From contig CAWFFH010000003.1 of assembly GCA_963815095.1 (NCBI GenBank), forward strand, positions 1 through 64,000: a DNA stretch of 64,000 nucleotides, read 5' to 3'. A program made the position numbers and the translations under genes. Positions 41,223-50,769 of the stretch are shown one piece after another (within the stretch, counting starts at the first letter, position 1; each line of letters starts with the position of its first letter). Origin of the DNA: Candidatus Bathyarchaeota archaeon. GTDB taxonomy: Archaea; Thermoproteota; Bathyarchaeia; Bathyarchaeales; Bathycorpusculaceae. Under the pieces are notes generated by a model. The model did no database searches, was not told the DNA's origin, and was given only the letters and a program-made list of their open reading frames with translations.

Positions 41223-41735
41223 CTAACCGTGACTTTCGACGCGGACGATAGGTTTACCCATAATATCTCTGATGTTATCCGCTACTGTGGAAGGGTGATG
41301 GACAAGCCTCAGTCTGGTTTCCCGTTCACCCTGAGAGTTAACCTTTATCTCCCCATAACCAAAAATCCTGCCTCCCACGGACTGGTAAAATAGCAGATCT
41401 CCAAACCCAGAAGGAGTAACGACAAACGAATTTAACCGTGCGATGCCCCGCTTGACTTCTAAGCCATCCTGACGAAGGATGTAAGTGTTTGAGGCGCGAA
41501 GGAACAGTAGCTCAATTATGCTGATGAACCAAATCGCAGCAAATAGAAAAAAAGTCCATGACCAAACAGGCAACCCAATCAAGGCATCCCCAGCGACTTT
41601 AGCGTAGAATTCTAGCCATAGAAAAACAATCGCCACTACAATTACGGTGACGGTCCGGATGATGACGGCTGGGACAATCCAGGGCTTACCCGACCAGACA
41701 ACGTCGCTATGAGAAACTTTGCTGTTAGAAGTCAA
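41223..41735 (-). CDS. Membrane protein with bacterial PH domain
   Basis: Two TM helices then Y.L..GI...QS..GRIFGYG.I. Confidence 0.8.
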   Translation of the reverse strand: MTSNSKVSHSDVVWSGKPWIVPAVIIRTVTVIVVAIVFLWLEFYAKVAGDALIGLPVWSWTFFLFAAIWFISIIELLFLRASNTYILRQDGLEVKRGIARLNSFVVTPSGFGDLLFYQSVGGRIFGYGEIKVNSQGERETRLRLVHHPSTVADNIRDIMGKPIVRVESHG

Positions 41736-41791
41736 CTAAAACATAACCACTAGAAACAGAGGATAATTGATATTTAAACCTTCAAGCTAAG

Positions 41792-42106
41792 CTACATGAC
41801 TGGTCTGTGGGGGAAGAGGCTTTCGATTGAGCGAAGCAGTTGGTAGCCGAAGAGTATGGCGACAAAGTAGGTAGGCCACAGAATCACAGGCCAGTTACCA
41901 GGAGTATAGTTCCAAAGCCCAGTTGAGACTGCAAAGTACTCCATAAGCGCCAGCGAAAACATGCCGCCGAACGCGAGGAAAACCTGCTGTTTAACTTCGT
42001 GTTTTGCGCCCCATTTGCCTCTTAAAACAAATAAAATCGCCCAAGCGGCTAAGAAACCAAATAGAAGCACATACCAATCGGAATTAAAATTGAAAATAAC
42101 ATTCAT
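41792..42106 (-). CDS. Small membrane protein
   Basis: Three hydrophobic segments, E.FAVSTGLWNY motif. Confidence 0.75.
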   Translation of the reverse strand: MNVIFNFNSDWYVLLFGFLAAWAILFVLRGKWGAKHEVKQQVFLAFGGMFSLALMEYFAVSTGLWNYTPGNWPVILWPTYFVAILFGYQLLRSIESLFPHRPVM

Positions 42107-42122
42107 GTTTTATACCAAGATT

Positions 42123-42776
42123 TTAGTGTTTTATAGTTTTTCCTTTTCTTTGAGGTTTATGAGCGGACCAGCATTTGCGGCAATAGACAGGTTTGTCTGC
42201 TTTTGGTTTAAAGGGCAATTCGCATTCGGTTCCGCATTCGCTGCATACTGCGTTGAAGGCTTGTTGGGTGTGGAACTGTTTGAACATCTGGTAGTTTTTT
42301 AGGCGTGGCCAACCTGTTTTGGCGTATTGTAACATTTCGGGGTTATCTTTGAGCCAACGCATCATATGGAAGAAGCTTTTGCCTCGTTTTTCATCTCGCT
42401 CCACCAATGGTTCGTAGCCTAGGTTGCGGATTTCATCTAAGTAAGCGATTTCCACGAGTCTTTGGGTTTCACCGACCACATGGATGCGTTTGACGCGGTT
42501 TTCTCCGTAGACTTTTTGAAGCTCCTCCGCGGCAACATCGAAAATGCAGCCTTGGCAAATGTGAATTTCTTCTTCAGCTGCAAGGTTGAATTTTGAGACA
42601 AGTTTGGAGACGACACGGCTGGATTCTTGGAGGTACTCTTTTTCGCGGAAAATATCTTGGTAGAATCTAACGTCGATTAGGTCGTATTTGAATTCGCCCG
42701 TCGGTTCATGGTAGGCACCAACCACAACTCCGAACAATAAATCTCCGCTGCCAGCGTCATCAACTATAAGGGTCAA
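42123..42776 (-). CDS. RNase H-fold-like protein with C-terminal CxxC-x17-CxxC domain
   Basis: N-terminal IVDDAGSGDLLFGVVVG (compare RNase HII DEAGRG); C-terminal CSECGTECELPFKPKADKPVYCRKC. Confidence 0.7.
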   Translation of the reverse strand: MTLIVDDAGSGDLLFGVVVGAYHEPTGEFKYDLIDVRFYQDIFREKEYLQESSRVVSKLVSKFNLAAEEEIHICQGCIFDVAAEELQKVYGENRVKRIHVVGETQRLVEIAYLDEIRNLGYEPLVERDEKRGKSFFHMMRWLKDNPEMLQYAKTGWPRLKNYQMFKQFHTQQAFNAVCSECGTECELPFKPKADKPVYCRKCWSAHKPQRKGKTIKH

Positions 42777-43060
42777 TTAGCTCTATTCCCTCTCTTTCTT
42801 CCCAACCAGATACTCCATACATCTATAAAAACCGTCTTCCCAAAAAGTCAACAAAACCTGGGGAAAACAACATGTTAGGCTTTTGAACGGATTTTATCCC
42901 CAAGTTTCTTCGGATAACCTGTCTTCTATTATTGCCTTTTTAGCCGTAGATTTTGAGATTTTGGTGGATTGATGGAAACGTTTAAGTCAAACTTCGACCT
43001 TTAAATACTCGAAAAATAAGGAAACTTTTCCCGAATTTTCACATCGCATGGAGTAATTTA

Positions 43061-43270
43061 ATGTCTCAAAGAACAAATGTAACCGAAATCAAATGCAGTG
43101 ACTGCGGCAAATCCGCCACTGTTCCCTTCAAACCAACAGCAGGTAAACCTGTTTACTGTAGAGAATGCTTAGCAAAACATACCACTCACGGAAGCACCGA
43201 ACATAAAGGTTCGAATGCTGATTCTAGTAGTAGCCAAGCATGGTCCAGACGAAGAACCGACTGGAAATAA
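43061..43270 (+). CDS. CxxC-x17-CxxC domain protein
   Basis: CSDCGKSATVPFKPTAGKPVYCREC. Confidence 0.88.
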   Translation: MSQRTNVTEIKCSDCGKSATVPFKPTAGKPVYCRECLAKHTTHGSTEHKGSNADSSSSQAWSRRRTDWK

Positions 43271-43314
43271 CAAAAACAAAAGTATTATTTTTTAGTTTTT
43301 TTTAAAAAATTTTT

Positions 43315-44013
43315 TTATCTGACAGCTGCTGTTGCTAATTGTTGTTTAACACTTTCAGCAGAGCTTGGAAGTACGTTAAGAACACCGTTCTTCCCAAGCC
43401 TTAGTTGCCTCTCGCCCCTAAAAACACAAACCTGTGCATTTTTCAGCTCAATGTTGTTACCAACTGCGATTGATCCGATTTGTCCTTCCCAAAGGCAGAG
43501 TTTGGTTTTTCCAGTGTCATCTCCAACCAAAGCATTAACGACCATGACCGTGTTGCCGAATTGTGTGTGTACTTGAGCCGGTTTGGGTATTTCTATGACT
43601 TCGGCCTTTAAGTTGACACGTTTCATACCTGCCCTTAAATCATGGATTGAAGTGTAGATTGATTCGGTGTTTTGTTTAGCAATTTTTTTGCGAATCTTAT
43701 CTGTACTCATCCAACTCTCAAAAGGATTGTCTTTTCTTAAAAGGAACTCTTCACCAACACGGAACTGAGCAACAACGGCGCTATCTTTTGTTATTAGGAA
43801 AATTGTTTCGCCCTTTACTTTACCACGGTATTCAACTGTAAGATTGCCGCAAACTGCTTTTTCGTTGCTTCGTGCAGAAATTAACGCTTGGAAAACTTCG
43901 TTAGGATAAATGTTATATTTTACCGAAAGAAGCGCAAGATGCTCACCTAATGTTGATTTTTTCTGTCTCAAATTACCCCTCTCAAATATCGTCAAAGTTA
44001 AGAGAAAAAGCAA
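43315..44013 (-). CDS. OB-fold ssDNA-binding (SSB/RPA-like) protein with N-terminal extension
   Basis: I.DLRAGMKRVNL, GDDTG..LCLW, FRGERQLRLG. Confidence 0.85.
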   Translation of the reverse strand: MLFLLTLTIFERGNLRQKKSTLGEHLALLSVKYNIYPNEVFQALISARSNEKAVCGNLTVEYRGKVKGETIFLITKDSAVVAQFRVGEEFLLRKDNPFESWMSTDKIRKKIAKQNTESIYTSIHDLRAGMKRVNLKAEVIEIPKPAQVHTQFGNTVMVVNALVGDDTGKTKLCLWEGQIGSIAVGNNIELKNAQVCVFRGERQLRLGKNGVLNVLPSSAESVKQQLATAAVR

Positions 44014-44318
44014 CTACAGGGAAGCCATTTCATACTTTTTCTCAATTACCCCGAATATTTACCTAATAATACAATGTTAACTATATTAGGTTGACGATGG
44101 AAATTAGTGTTTCCCCAAATTATCGGTTTTAAATCGATTTTGAGTCACAGTTTATGCTCCAAATGGCAGAAACATTACTTAAGACAGGTGCTCAACTGTT
44201 TTTGATGGCTAATGAGAACTGTTAAAGCACTCAATTTATAAGCATCGATGATTAGATAAATTATCTGTGCAGAAGAGACTCTTTTGCACAGCCAAAGTAG
44301 TAGGAGTTGAAATATCGA

Positions 44319-44459
44319 ATGTATAATAACAAAGAGATGCACAAGGCAACTTGCGCCGACTGCGGAAAAGAATGTGAAGTTCCTTTCAAGCCAGACGGAA
44401 CAAGGCCAGTTTATTGCCGAGAGTGCTACTCAAAACGTAGACCACCACGAAGATACTAA
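44319..44459 (+). CDS. CxxC-x17-CxxC domain protein (46 aa)
   Basis: MYNNKEMHKATCADCGKECEVPFKPDGTRPVYCRECYSKRRPPRRY*; AGGAG RBS, TATA near 44235. Below the ORF-track cutoff. Confidence 0.92.
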   Translation: MYNNKEMHKATCADCGKECEVPFKPDGTRPVYCRECYSKRRPPRRY

Positions 44460-45146
44460 GCATATTGCTAAGCATCTTTACAATCTTTAACAATTTTCTT
44501 TTTATTTTTATTTATTTTAAAAAAATTGCACGCTCCATTCTCTGGAGATCATTAAATCTATAATTTAGTAGCAAAAAATCAAAAGATAAAAACTAATAAA
44601 CGAGAAAAAACTCGTATTCGTTCAAAGTGCGTTTAGGATTTTTGTTCTGATCCAGTTCGCTTCTTGTTGTCAGTGAAATTTTTCTTTCCAGACTTCTTCC
44701 TTAGAACGCAATTTAGCCTAACAGAGGATTTACATCTGCGGCAATTTTTAACTAAACCTGCTCTTAACATACACAATTCTATTTACCTTCATTTGTTTTT
44801 TGAAAAGAATCCGTTATACAGTTAGCTTATCCAAGAGGATAAAAGAAACTCTTCTCAAGCTGAATGCAGATGCCTGCATATAAAGGAATTGATGAAAAAA
44901 AAATTTTTGAAAAATATAATAGATTTCAAGCCGTTTTTTAAATAATCAGTCACTAAAAAAACCATCACCGGAAAATCTCCTAAATATATGGAAAAAAATT
45001 CCCAAAAGTTAATCATGCTAATATACCCGCTGCTTTCTTTAATGGTGTAAGGTTAGAATTCTTTAGAGGAAGAGTTAGACCACTTATTGGCTTTTTCTCA
45101 AAACTATTCTGATTATTAATAGGCGAAAGCCAACTAGGTGTAAAAA

Positions 45147-45455
45147 ATGGGTAAACGAAAAATTACAAACGAGGGCAGCCTCGACAGCATGGTCTTACCT
45201 TCCGCAAATGACGTATTAGGCATAGCTGTCAAGATGCTTGGAGCAGAAAGAATAACAGTTAAATGCCAAGATGGCAAAGAACGCATGTGCAGAGTGCGAG
45301 GCAAACTAAAAAGGCGTGTTTGGATAAGAGAAGGCGACATCGTTTTGGTTTCACCATGGGATTTCCAAGCTGATACAAGAGGAGATATTTTCTGGCGTTA
45401 CCGCAAAAACCAATCCGATTGGCTCCGAAGCCACAATTACCTCAAAATGGAGTAG
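45147..45455 (+). CDS. eif1a: Translation initiation factor aIF-1A
   Basis: MLG..R..V.C.DG..R.CR.RGKLKRRVWIREGDIVLVSPWDFQ. Confidence 0.96.
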   Translation: MGKRKITNEGSLDSMVLPSANDVLGIAVKMLGAERITVKCQDGKERMCRVRGKLKRRVWIREGDIVLVSPWDFQADTRGDIFWRYRKNQSDWLRSHNYLKME

Positions 45456-45467
45456 GAGGGCACAAAC

Positions 45468-45638
45468 ATTATTCTAAAATGCACAGATTGCGGAAATACC
45501 TTCAAACGAGACGGCCTAAAAGATGGGGAAATTGTTGCTTGTCCAATTTGCGAAGCTGACTACCAAGTATTAGTTAAAGATGGGAAAATCGAAATAATTG
45601 AATACGTCTACGAAGGTCCGGACGTAGGCGAATTATAA
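45468..45638 (+). CDS. LysW-like zinc-ribbon protein, probable ATT start
   Basis: IILKCTDCG..DGEIVACPICEADYQV...EGPDVGEL*; GGAGG 8 nt before ATT. Confidence 0.7.
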   Translation: MILKCTDCGNTFKRDGLKDGEIVACPICEADYQVLVKDGKIEIIEYVYEGPDVGEL

Positions 45639-45703
45639 GCCATTTTTTAACAAAATTTAAACTTTTTTAAAAAAAAATAATATTATTTAATAAAATAAAA
45701 TTT

Positions 45704-45997
45704 TTAGCTGGTTAGTTCAACAATTGAACCTATAGCTTGACCTGGAACTCCGCGAATGAATCTTACTCTAACCATGCCGTTTTTACCGTGTGCACCTCGA
45801 ATTTTTCCAACAAGCTTGGTTGTTCCATTCTTCCATGTAACTTTTTGCCCAATTAGCTTGCTTGCAGAACCTACTGAAGTAACATTTTCAAATTCAATTA
45901 GGCACTCGTTTGATGTTTGTTCTTTGGGTCCAGTTCTGTAATTAGTTATTCTTCCATGAACTTTTTGAGACAAAATACTCACCGTTAAGCCTTCCAT
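45704..45997 (-). CDS. rpl35ae: 50S ribosomal protein L35Ae
   Basis: G.ITNYR.G..Q, LIG.KV.W, HGKNG.VRVRF..G.PGQAIG; the real start is probably near 45973. Confidence 0.9.
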   Translation of the reverse strand: MEGLTVSILSQKVHGRITNYRTGPKEQTSNECLIEFENVTSVGSASKLIGQKVTWKNGTTKLVGKIRGAHGKNGMVRVRFIRGVPGQAIGSIVELTS

Positions 45998-46130
45998 TCT
46001 AAGGTGTGCTTGCTTTTAAAGCTGTGCTATTCAACGTTCATATACGACCCGTTTCGTTGACAGTTGATTCGTTAATCGTTAAAACTTTTATTGTATCTAA
46101 CTAATTAATGAAGCAGGAGAGGACGCTTAA

Positions 46131-46907
46131 ATGAAACAGTTTCTCATAACACCTCAAGTAGGAAAACGACTAATCGCTATAACAATAGCAAAGCACCCAG
46201 CCATAATTAAAGCAATAAAAAATGGAACCTTAGTAATCGTAGCTGGAACAACAAACGGATACGTTGCCGAAGAAATCCTAAAAACTCACAAAATAGCAAA
46301 TGACTTCTCAAGAAAGCATTTCTTCCGCGGTATAACCATGCCACCCACTAAAACAGTAACCGCAGAAGGAAGGTTAACGGACGAGAGCAAGTTTCCCGGA
46401 GATGTTATAATAACTAAAGGCATCTGGCAAAAAGGGAAAACAATTGCTGATGTCATTGACGACCTCAACGAAGGGGACGTCATCTTGAAGGGAGCAAACG
46501 CTCTGGATTTAACCCATAGACAAGCGGCTATTTTGATTGGACACCCTAAAGCTGGAACTATAGGTTTAGCATTGCCTGCTGTTGTAGGTCGCCGAGTAAG
46601 ACTCATAATTCCTGTTGGCTTAGAGAAACGTGTAAATGGCGATTTAAACGAACTTGCCGAAAAGCTTAATGCGCCAAGTGCAGGTGGGTACCGTTTGTTG
46701 CCTGTCAATGGTGAAGTGTTCACTGAATTGGATGCGTTGAGAGCTTTAACAGCGGCTAATGTAGAGCTGATCGCTGCGGGTGGCGTTTGTGGTGCAGAAG
46801 GCGCTTGTTGGATTTCTGTCACAGGGGAAGAAGAACAAGAGGAGTTTGCCGAGCAAATTATTGCGTCGGTGGCTGATGAACCACCGTTTAGCTCGGATTT
46901 TCTTTAA
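46131..46907 (+). CDS. Conserved hypothetical protein
   Basis: 258 aa, [28 protein letters not shown]; strong RBS. Confidence 0.85.
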   Translation: MKQFLITPQVGKRLIAITIAKHPAIIKAIKNGTLVIVAGTTNGYVAEEILKTHKIANDFSRKHFFRGITMPPTKTVTAEGRLTDESKFPGDVIITKGIWQKGKTIADVIDDLNEGDVILKGANALDLTHRQAAILIGHPKAGTIGLALPAVVGRRVRLIIPVGLEKRVNGDLNELAEKLNAPSAGGYRLLPVNGEVFTELDALRALTAANVELIAAGGVCGAEGACWISVTGEEEQEEFAEQIIASVADEPPFSSDFL

Positions 46908-46917
46908 TGCATTGAGT

Positions 46918-47115
46918 TTATTCTTGCCCATGCATCATCATGCCCATGCCGTGGCCCTTCCTTCTTTCACCCATATTCTTTCTCATTATGTCCGCACCCT
47001 GAGCTGCTAAATCCATCATCATATCAATGTCTTGCCTAACTAATTCCATTACGGGCTGGTTTAATTCCATTTCAAAAGTAAACTTCACTTTTCCACTCTT
47101 GTCTGCTTTTTCCAT
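46918..47115 (-). CDS. Small Met/His-rich protein
   Basis: 65 aa with AGGAGGTG RBS. Confidence 0.7.
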   Translation of the reverse strand: MEKADKSGKVKFTFEMELNQPVMELVRQDIDMMMDLAAQGADIMRKNMGERRKGHGMGMMMHGQE

Positions 47116-47280
47116 AAACGCACCTCCTAAATACCAAAATAGTCAATTAACCCTGTTTTATGGTTAACGATTGTATTCTTAAATGTAAGTGGCTGTGCTA
47201 ACACAACAACAATTTTGTTTTGCCGCAGTTTTTCGTTTTTTTGGAGGCTTGGTCGATTTTTGTCAAACTTTATATAACAG

Positions 47281-47298
47281 GTTGGATAATCCATCCAC
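47281..47298. promoter_or_regulatory. Candidate operator upstream of btuFCD
   Basis: GTTGGATAATCCATCCAC just downstream of TTTATATAA; matches the site at 15089. Confidence 0.55.
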
Positions 47299-47320
47299 AT
47301 AAAAGGGGTTTAAGGAAATT

Positions 47321-48289
47321 ATGAACAAAAAATATGGTCTCTATATCATTGCTGTGATAATAATTGTGTCTATTGTTTCAGCCGCTTTCATTTACAATGG
47401 CAGCCTTTCGAATTCAGGATCAAGCAATCAGAGTGCAATCTCTGTCATAGACGACGAAGGCTATACGACTAACTTAACTTCAGTTCCTCAAAGAATCATA
47501 TCCCTTGCTCCAAGTAACACCCAAATCGTTTTCGGCATCGGAGTAGGGAACAGAGTCGTCGGCGTAACTGACTACGACCATTACCCGTACAACTTTACTG
47601 CCTGGATAGCTGCAGGCAACATGACCAGCGTTGGAGGATTCTCGACACCTAACAAAGAAACCATCGCATCACTAAACCCAGACCTAATTCTTGCCACTCC
47701 CATAAACGACCCAGACGTTGTCACGTTGAGAAACTTGGGCTACAAAGTCTTAGTACTCAACCCTAACGATGTAAATGGCGTATTGGCAGACATCAACATG
47801 GTTGGCAAAGCAACAGACGCAACACAAAACGCTTCAACCTTAGTAAATTCATTAACAAGCCAAATCGACGCTATACAGGCAAAGATAGCCGCCGCTAACT
47901 TACCTAAACCAAAAGTGTACTATGAAGTATGGACTCCCCCAATAATGTCCGCTGGCGAAAACTCCTTCATCAATGACGTTATCTCAAAGGCTGGAGGAAT
48001 CAACATCTTCGAGAACGAAACCCAACAGTACCCAACCGTAAGCTCAGAAACAATAGTCCAAAAGAACCCAGACGTCATATTACTTCCAACTGACATGGCA
48101 AACCCAGGGGATACACCCTTCTACGGGAGCGTAAACGAAGTTAAAGCTAGACCAGGCTGGAGTTCGATTAACGCAGTACAGAACAACCGCATAATTGTTG
48201 TTAATGGTGACCTCTTTGCTGAAGCAGGACCAAGAATCGCCGACCAAATCCAAGCAGCAGTCCAAGCGTTTTACCCATCACTTTTTTAA
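47321..48289 (+). CDS. btuF: Cobalamin ABC transporter substrate-binding protein
   Basis: PQRIISLAPSNT, VGVTDY, NPDVIL, GPRI; operon with cbiZ. Confidence 0.85.
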   Translation: MNKKYGLYIIAVIIIVSIVSAAFIYNGSLSNSGSSNQSAISVIDDEGYTTNLTSVPQRIISLAPSNTQIVFGIGVGNRVVGVTDYDHYPYNFTAWIAAGNMTSVGGFSTPNKETIASLNPDLILATPINDPDVVTLRNLGYKVLVLNPNDVNGVLADINMVGKATDATQNASTLVNSLTSQIDAIQAKIAAANLPKPKVYYEVWTPPIMSAGENSFINDVISKAGGINIFENETQQYPTVSSETIVQKNPDVILLPTDMANPGDTPFYGSVNEVKARPGWSSINAVQNNRIIVVNGDLFAEAGPRIADQIQAAVQAFYPSLF

Positions 48290-48319
48290 CTCCACATAAC
48301 CTTTTTTTTGTGTTAATCT

Positions 48320-49402
48320 ATGATAACGGACAAGGTTAAAGAGAAATATTCCAATCGTTCTTCAAGATGGAAGCTAATTGTTTTACTGTTGATTGTGGCG
48401 CTTGTCGCCGCCGTGATTCTCTGCTTAAACATAGGTTTTGCACCTATCAGTTTCTCTGAAATACTTGCAATTTTAGGTAAGCAAATTCCGTTTCTAAATC
48501 ATTACATTGGATCTTCATCTGTTTCCTCCATAAACGAAGCAATCATAATTCAAATTCGTCTACCCCGTATACTTGCGGGGGCTTTAGTTGGAGCTGGCTT
48601 AGCAGCCGCGGGCGTCATGTACCAAGGCGTCTTCAGGAACCCAATGGCTGACTCCTACCTTCTTGGAGCTTCAGCAGGAGCATCTTTCGCCTATACTTTA
48701 GCAGTTATATATGCGGGTTCACTGGCACTCAACTTTTTCGGATTGGGATTTTTCCAAGTTGTTGCTTTCTTAGGCGCCGTCTTAACGGTCTTTTTGGTTT
48801 ACTTCATGTCACGTACTGGAAACAAGGTTCCAATAACGACCCTTTTGCTGTCAGGCATTGTTGTGAACATATTTATTCTGGCGCTTCAAACGGTCTTCGA
48901 GTTACGCTCGGGTAAAGCCCTAATCGGTATTGTCGCTTGGATAGCAGGCGGATTCTCAAACATCACCTGGATCAATGTTTATGTTGTTTTTCCATTTGTC
49001 TTAATAGGAATAGTAATTGCATATTTCTTTACTAAAGATCTCAACATGCTTTCCATGGGTGACGACACAGCTCAACATTTAGGCGTTAACACGGAGAGGG
49101 TGCGGCAGATTCTTCTGTTAATTAGCTCTTTGATTACAGGTGCCGTGGTATCAATCAGTGGTGTCATCGGGTTCGTCGGTCTTATCATTCCTCATATGAC
49201 GCGGTTAGTTATCGGACCTGACCATAGAATTCTTTTGCCCACATCGGCAATCGTTGGTGCTATATTCCTCATACTCTGTGATTCTCTTGCACGTGTTGCA
49301 ACAGGAGCATCAGAACTGCCAGTAGGGGTCATAACTGCTCTAGCTGGAACCCCATTCTTTATCTATCTGCTTAGGAAAAGAAAAACAAGTTACTCTCTAT
49401 AG
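48320..49402 (+). CDS. btuC: Cobalamin ABC transporter permease (FecCD family)
   Basis: IRLPRI, FRNPMAD, GFVGLIIPH, ELPVGVIT. Confidence 0.88.
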   Translation: MITDKVKEKYSNRSSRWKLIVLLLIVALVAAVILCLNIGFAPISFSEILAILGKQIPFLNHYIGSSSVSSINEAIIIQIRLPRILAGALVGAGLAAAGVMYQGVFRNPMADSYLLGASAGASFAYTLAVIYAGSLALNFFGLGFFQVVAFLGAVLTVFLVYFMSRTGNKVPITTLLLSGIVVNIFILALQTVFELRSGKALIGIVAWIAGGFSNITWINVYVVFPFVLIGIVIAYFFTKDLNMLSMGDDTAQHLGVNTERVRQILLLISSLITGAVVSISGVIGFVGLIIPHMTRLVIGPDHRILLPTSAIVGAIFLILCDSLARVATGASELPVGVITALAGTPFFIYLLRKRKTSYSL

Positions 49403-49410
49403 GATGGCTG

Positions 49411-50769
49411 ATGAACATGGTAGTACTTAGCGTGGACGGAGTCGAATGTCGCTACGGCTCAGTGAAAATATTGGAAGACGTTAACTTCACTGTCAAGGAA
49501 GGTGATTTCGTCGGGATTGTAGGACCTAACGGTTCAGGAAAAACTACCCTGCTAAAAAGCATCAGTCGAACCCTCAAACCCTACAAAGGAACCATCATCC
49601 TCGATAAATCCGACATTTACAGCCTAAAAAGCGTGGAATTAGCTAAACAAATGGCTATAGTTCCGCAAGAAAACAACATCGGGTTCAGCTTTACAGCACT
49701 AGACATCGTGTTAATGGGACGCAACCCCCATATGAAAAGATTCCAAATGGAATCAGAAAGCGACTTAACTATCGTCCGCAAAGCGATGAATCGAACCAAC
49801 ACTTGGCATCTAGCTGACCGCCCCATAAACGAGCTAAGCGGCGGAGAAAAACAACGCGTCGTCATCGCCCGCGCCCTAGCACAAGAACCCAAAGTCCTCT
49901 TGCTTGATGAACCACTAACACATCTGGACATGATTAATCAGCTTGAAATCATGGACCTTGTAAAAGAATTATGTATCAAGGAACGTTTGATTGTTTTAGA
50001 AGTTATCCACGACTTAAACCTTGCAGCACGTTATTGCAGTTCAATCCTGCTTATCAAAGAAGCAAAAATCTTTGCAGCTGGACCTGTCGAGAATGTTTTG
50101 ACGAGTGAAAACATAAAGGCTGTCTTTAACGTTGACGCAATTGTAAAGAAAAGTCTGATAACAAATTCGCTTTTCATCATTCCGCTCACCCCTCAGAAGC
50201 CATCTACTCCACGCAACTGCGCCATCCACCTTATTGCAGGGGCAGGAACAGGAACAGTTGTGATGAAAGCTTTGGTAGATGAAGGCTATGAAGTGACAGC
50301 GGGTGTCCTCAACATGCTTGACACAGATTACGAGACTGCGGAGCTTCTCAAGATTCCGACGGTCAGCGAGGCACCTTTTTCACCTATAACTGACCAGACA
50401 AAGCGATCACTCTTGGAAATGATAAAAAAATCTGCTATAATTGTGGTGACGTCAGTTCCGTTTGGTTATGGCAACCTCTCTAACTTGGAGACAGCACTTG
50501 ATGCGGTTAAACGAGGCATCAAAACATATGTGATCGATGAAGTGCCTATTGAAAGCCGAGACTTCACCGCTGGCAAGGCTACAGCCCTAATGGCGGAACT
50601 GAAGAAAGCAGGCGCCATTTTCATCAAACACCCCTCTGAATTACCCACGCTTGTTAATGCATCCCATGCAAAGATGGAGTTGCTCAAGCGTCAACCTGAG
50701 ATTCCAGGTCACATGAAAGATAAACCCAAACCAATCGCACAAACAATTGACGAAAAGGAGACCGCTTAA
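49411..50769 (+). CDS. btuD: Cobalamin ABC transporter ATPase with C-terminal extension
   Basis: GPNGSGKT, LSGGE, LLLDEP, HDLNLAARY, plus ~190 extra residues. Confidence 0.88.
   Translation: MNMVVLSVDGVECRYGSVKILEDVNFTVKEGDFVGIVGPNGSGKTTLLKSISRTLKPYKGTIILDKSDIYSLKSVELAKQMAIVPQENNIGFSFTALDIVLMGRNPHMKRFQMESESDLTIVRKAMNRTNTWHLADRPINELSGGEKQRVVIARALAQEPKVLLLDEPLTHLDMINQLEIMDLVKELCIKERLIVLEVIHDLNLAARYCSSILLIKEAKIFAAGPVENVLTSENIKAVFNVDAIVKKSLITNSLFIIPLTPQKPSTPRNCAIHLIAGAGTGTVVMKALVDEGYEVTAGVLNMLDTDYETAELLKIPTVSEAPFSPITDQTKRSLLEMIKKSAIIVVTSVPFGYGNLSNLETALDAVKRGIKTYVIDEVPIESRDFTAGKATALMAELKKAGAIFIKHPSELPTLVNASHAKMELLKRQPEIPGHMKDKPKPIAQTIDEKETA

Noticed and set aside
45453-45455. Genome-wide TAG recoding (pyrrolysine)
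   Set aside because: Many conserved genes here end normally at TAG (cbiB, GGR, Lrp, rhomboid) and no pyl genes are present.
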